Source: the human T2T-CHM13v2.0 reference genome, Homo sapiens
Assembly: GCF_009914755.1 (NCBI RefSeq)
Contig: NC_060937.1
DNA: 64,000 nt
Direction: 5' to 3' (one strand)
Under the pieces are notes generated by a model that ran no database searches, was not told where the DNA came from, and saw nothing but the letters and a program-made list of their open reading frames with translations. The position numbers were made by a program, and so were the translations under genes. Shown in pieces: positions 58,461 to 64,000 of this stretch. Numbering within the stretch: the stretch's first letter is position 1; each line of letters opens with the position of its first letter.

Positions 58461-59313
58461 CAGCGACTGCTTAATAGTATCTAGTCCAAGAATAAATATT
58501 GCACAGTATGTATGTTTCATTAAATATTACTTATTACTACTCCCAATAATATGGCCAATAATATGTCAGTGTTCCTACCATATTTTAGTAGTTTAGGGAA
58601 AGCAGCACATAAATAATCATGGTCTCTTTAAAATCTATTTTTGTCTTCTCAAAATGATTTAAGAAGTTAAAATGCTTTTTACCCCTTATTTTCATAAAAA
58701 AATTGTGCAACTTAGCTATAGAAAAGGCAGCTTCTGTGGCTCATCCAGTATCATGTCACTGCACTGTAACAAATATTTAAATATTGGAAACTATCCTAAA
58801 GCATAATCTTGTTTTCTACAAAAAAAAAAAAAATACCCACTATGAATTGGTAGTCAAAGATTTTTTTAAATTATCTCAACTTACAGGAAAAAAAGTAAAA
58901 TTCTCTGGTTATGCTTACATAGGGTGTTATCTGTGTAAAACCAATTTTCTTGAACATGTATTCCTGGATGCAGAAAATCAGGATTGTTAATTTTTTCCCA
59001 TAAGCTAATTTCAAATTACATGAGAAAGTCATAGCATTTTGCTGTTCTTAAGAAATGGGGCTTTGTATTTCTCATCATTCTGGACCTAAAATTCTTTACA
59101 CAAGTGTAAGTTGGGTAAAATTAGATTGTTTATTAGCAGATACACTAAATTTGCATCTTTGTCATTTCATGATCATTTGACGTGTGCTTTGCAACTGGTG
59201 CTGATCTGTGTGACTAAAATGAATGACACTTTTAACAGTCCTTTCAATACTAAGTAAAAATAACCTATAAATTCATGCAAAGAATATAAACAAAATTAAA
59301 CACCTTAGCTAAG

Positions 59314-59443
59314 GTGTATATATATATATATGTATGTGTGTATATATATATACACATATATATACGTATATATATATGCCACCAAATTTCTAATTTCTTG
59401 TTAGAAATTAGGTATATAAGTATACATACATATACATATACAT
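59314..59443. repeat. (TA)/(CA)-rich simple repeat
   Basis: Runs of tatata and tacata are directly visible. Confidence 0.85.
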
Positions 59444-59881
59444 ACTGAATTGTATATTTTTGTTATGAATTAGGCAGATGAAACTTCTATACACTATATT
59501 TTAGCCAGATATTTAGGCTGTTAAATTAATTGACTATAGTCAATTGGCCCTCATTTTAGCAGAAGAGATAACTTCTCTCAAGATCTATGCTGTTTTCATT
59601 CCACTCACTGTTGACAGATTATGACAAAACATTAAATACGTACTTATCTAATAACTACCCATCTTTTGTTGTTGTTTGTCTTGCATCAAATTCCCATTGA
59701 CTCACCATTTTCATAAAACTGTTATTTATATGCGTGAAATAATTCAAATTGAATGTAAATTCTGTTACAACAATTTGTATCACTTATACAAAAGCTTCTA
59801 TAATTATAAAAGATAGTTGTTTTTCCACCTTATTCCCAAAATATCCTATAATCACCTAACCTTTATACTGTGATTCAACAG

Positions 59882-60198
<317 letters not shown>

Positions 60199-60584
60199 TA
60201 ACATCTTTTTTAGATGAAAAATGAAGCAGCCAGCATAAACAGATTTTTCTCCAATGAATGTGGGAGGATCACTCCAAACTTATTCCAGAAGTCCCTGAAT
60301 GAGCTCTTTCTGAAAAAAAGATTGAAAAAGATTGTCTGTTTGGTTTGGCTTTTAATGGAGATTGTAGTAGCTTAAGATAACTGCTCAAGTTTGGAAGCTG
60401 AAAGGTATCTTTTTAGGTTGACTGCTGGCAGATAAGTGAGAAATAGGATGGAACAGGACTCTTAGTCAATTATGAGCAAATTCACTGGGTAGGCACAGTT
60501 CTAAGTTCTATGGCAGCATGGACCAATGTAATATACATTTCTTTCTACCTGAACAGAATTATTGATGATGTTGGTTCACATTAT

Positions 60585-62228
60585 GTTTATTGTTTTATTA
60601 ATACATAATAACGGTACATATTTATGAGGTACATGTAATATTTTGTACATGGATTTAATGTACGATGATCAAATCAGGATAATTGGGTTGTTCATCATGT
60701 CAAACATTTATTATTTATTTTTGTTGGGAACATTCCAAATCTTCTCTTCTAGCTATTTTGAAATCTATTATACATTTTTGTTAACTATAGTCACTCTTCT
60801 GTTCTATGAAATGTTAGAACTTATCCCTTCTAGTAATTGCATTTTTGTACCCATTAACCAATCTGTCTTCATCTCTCGTTCACTCCTACTGTTCCCAGCA
60901 TCTAGTAACTGCCATTGTAGTCACTACTTCCATGAGATAAATTTTTTAAACTCCCACATATTTGTGAGAACATGCAATATTTATTTTTCTGTGTCTGGCT
61001 TATTTTGCTTAACACAGCGTCCTCCAGTTCCAGACGTGTTGGTGCAAATGACAGATTTTCATTCTTTTTTAGAGCTGAATAATATCCCATTGTAATAATA
61101 TTCCATTGTATCTATTATACATATATTATAATATATACTATAGCTATATATTATATATTATATATGTGATATATATTACATATATTATACATTATATATC
61201 ATAATATATAATACACACAATATATATACACACCATACAGTGGAATATAATATATATGATACATACACAATGGAATATTATTCAGATATAAAAAATTGAG
61301 AAAAATACACATATACAGCTATCTTACATTTTCTTTATGCATTCATTTATCAACAGACATGTTGATTCTATATCTTGGCTACTGTGAATGGTGCTGCAAA
61401 AAACATGGAGTACATATCTCTCTTCGATACACTGATTTCTGTCCTTTTGCATGTATATTCAGCAGTGGGCTTGCTGGATCATATGGTCGTTCTATTTTTA
61501 GTTTTTTGAAGAACCTCCATACTGTTCTCCATAGTTACTGTATTAATTTACATTACCAACAAGTGAAAGGTTTCCTTGGAAGTCCTGGAGTGTGATTCCT
61601 CTAGCTTTCTTCTTTATGTTCAAGATAGCTTTGGTTATGTGAAGACTTTTGTGATTCCATATGAATCAAAAAATGATCATGGATAACCTATGAAAGTTTC
61701 TGTTTCTGTGAAGAATGTCATTGGCATTTTAATAGGGATTGCATTGAATCTGTAGATTGCTTTAGGTAGTATTAATATTTTAACAATATTAATTCTTCTG
61801 ATCCATAAACATGGAATATCTATCTATTTCTCTGAGCCCTTTTCAATAACTTTGATCAGTGTTTTATTATTTTCATTGTAAAGATTTTTTACTTTTTAGT
61901 TACATAAATCCTAAGTATTTTTTTGTAATTATTGTAAATGGAATTGTTTCTTGAATTCTTTTTCAAATTGTTTTCTATTGGCAAGCAGAAATTTGCTCTT
62001 CAAATTAGTTTTTGTATGTTAACTTTGTATCATGAAAGTTTACTGAATTTGTTTATTGATTCTAACAGTTTTTTGGTGGAATATTTAGGTTTTTTTTGTA
62101 AATATAAGATGATGTCATTCGTAAACAAGGACAATTAGTTATCTTGCTTTCCAATTTGGATGCCCTTTATTTCTTGATCTTGTCGAATTTCTCCGGCTAG
62201 TGATTCCAATACTATATTGAATAAAAAT
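60585..62228 (-). mobile_element. L1MA-type 3' fragment (antisense) with TA-rich insertion and internal deletion
   Basis: gtacatatttatgaggtacatg..atgatcaaatcaggataattggg..tttctgtgtctggcttattt; the sequence jumps at ~61575 to upstream ORF2 (gtgtgattcctctagctttc..gcattgaatctgtagattgctttaggtagtat). Confidence 0.85.
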
Positions 62229-64000
62229 GTGGTTCACACTATTTTTAAAGATAAAGCATCTTTAAAATTTGGATTATTAATTTATTATTTTAACTGCCAC
62301 CTTCTTTCTTTAGAATCTAACTATTAGTAATCCAGTTTGAAAGTCTTGGACTTGTCAGATTTTACTTACCTTGCTGTGCCAGTTATCCAAAGTTTTAATA
62401 TGAAATAAGATTATTCTGCAAAAAGCAATTTGAACACAAAAATTCTGTCATAATCACATAAGTATTAAACATAGATACTTTTAACCTTAAACTACTTTAT
62501 TATGCGTACCATTTACCATTTCTCTATGAATTTGAAACATTGTTCTGTATGGTTACTATGTAAATAAAGTGTAAGTCTCTGTTGTATATTTTTCAATTAC
62601 AACAAGAAATAACAAAGCATGTTTACAATAACTATGCCCTGTGGAAAAAAAGTTTATATTTTAGAAAACTCAGAAATATATACTATTTTAAAAGTTAGAG
62701 ATTTATGATTTTCACAGCTAGCAAGATGGAATTTGGTATGTATGTACATATATATGTAAACAAACACATTATGCACATTTACATGTATTTTTCCCTGCAA
62801 TTTCTTTTAAATAAAAAAATTTATTAAATATTGAACAAAAAAACAGTTCATCAGTATCCACATGAGATGAATTCCTGATAAACCTTTTAATATAAGTAAT
62901 TAAAATGTTCAGTAATCAAAAACCAGTACATCTATGGCTAGTGCTATTTATTATACAATTTGTTCCCTAGAGTTACTTGAAAACATTTAGAAAAATATCT
63001 AACTTCTAAAGAATGAGGTGTTGCTAAGAATTTTCCTAGTTAAGAGCTCCAGAGGTTGTTTGACTCAGCATCCTTCACTGGTTGAATTCCTAGAATTTTC
63101 CCCTACAATTTCTTCAATGCCTCACAGATCTCCTGTACATATCCTCAAACGATCAATGGGCAGTTAAGATTCTTTATTTTATTTCCTCTCTGCTTTCCGT
63201 TTCAAATTTCAAAGAACAAGTTAAAATGTGAGTGGCATTATTTGTAGTGTCATTAGAGGTATACAAAAATGTGATATACATTCTCTATTAGCAAATTAGC
63301 TGCAAGTTGCAAATTAGCAACTGCCTTTTGTTCCGGATTACTTAAGCCTTAATATAAGAGGAAATGATTAAATAATGTTATACTACTTCCTGTATTCTGA
63401 CAGCGTTCCAAGGACAAGTCATCTATATATTCTAATTTGAAGAACTTCTAAATTCAGCTAGGTAATCTGACACTTGAAATACGTCTTCAATTGAGGTTTG
63501 AGTTCTTATGACATCTGGTACCAGACAAACTGGATCCAGATCAGTTTTATTACCATTTTTGTTCTAATGAAATTAAATTGATTATGTAATGTTCTCAAAA
63601 CCAGACCTTGCTATTCAGTGGAAAACATCAATTATTTGCTCTGTTTTTGAAGTTACAAATTAGTACAGCACTCCATTAGTGAGATGAACTGCAGGTTACT
63701 AATTGGTATAGCACCCCATTAGTGAGTTTTATTTATGTTGTAATTTGGCAAAATTTAATTGTTGGGAGAATGTGTTAAATCTTTGGCCCAGAGCATTCTG
63801 TAGTCTTCTTTTTCCTTTAATCTTTACCCCAACTCAAGATCAATCCATTATGCTTATATCCACTTTTTTCCATCTTAACCGAGATAACTTACTTTAGTCT
63901 GAATTGAGGAAAGTCACCTGCCCCACTTAATATCATATCCTACTCTTCTTCTTTGTGGTACCAAAGTATTCTGATCCTTTTATTATAATTCATTTCCATG

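Noticed and set aside
59381-59413. Small hairpin aatttctaa-N7-ttagaaatt as a miRNA or terminator
   Set aside because: It is a short AT-only stem inside a TA simple-repeat region, as expected from slippage.

Overview
This is AT-rich primate (human-like) nuclear DNA of gene-desert or deep-intron type. It is dominated by interspersed repeats: two large old primate L1s, one young L1PA 3' fragment, several L1M fragments, eight Alus, a complete THE1-type MaLR provirus, many ERV/MaLR solo LTRs, DNA transposons (piggyBac MER75, Tigger3) and microsatellites. I can support no intact protein-coding gene, tRNA, rRNA or CRISPR array; the supplied ORFs are repeat-derived or of chance length. I found no convincing new biological system. 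The most unusual items are (1) an Alu with a precise 5' inversion inside one TSD pair (twin-priming-like), (2) a 35-nt tailless U2 snRNA retrocopy inside L1 ORF2, (3) a piggyBac MER75 at a TTAA inside another L1, (4) a speculative minus-strand coiled-coil exon-like segment at about 22.75-22.88 kb, with splice-like signals at about 23.4-23.5 kb, and (5) several local duplication and fold-back scars. Repeat subfamily names come from my recall of consensus sequences, not from a search. Boundaries without a TSD are approximate.
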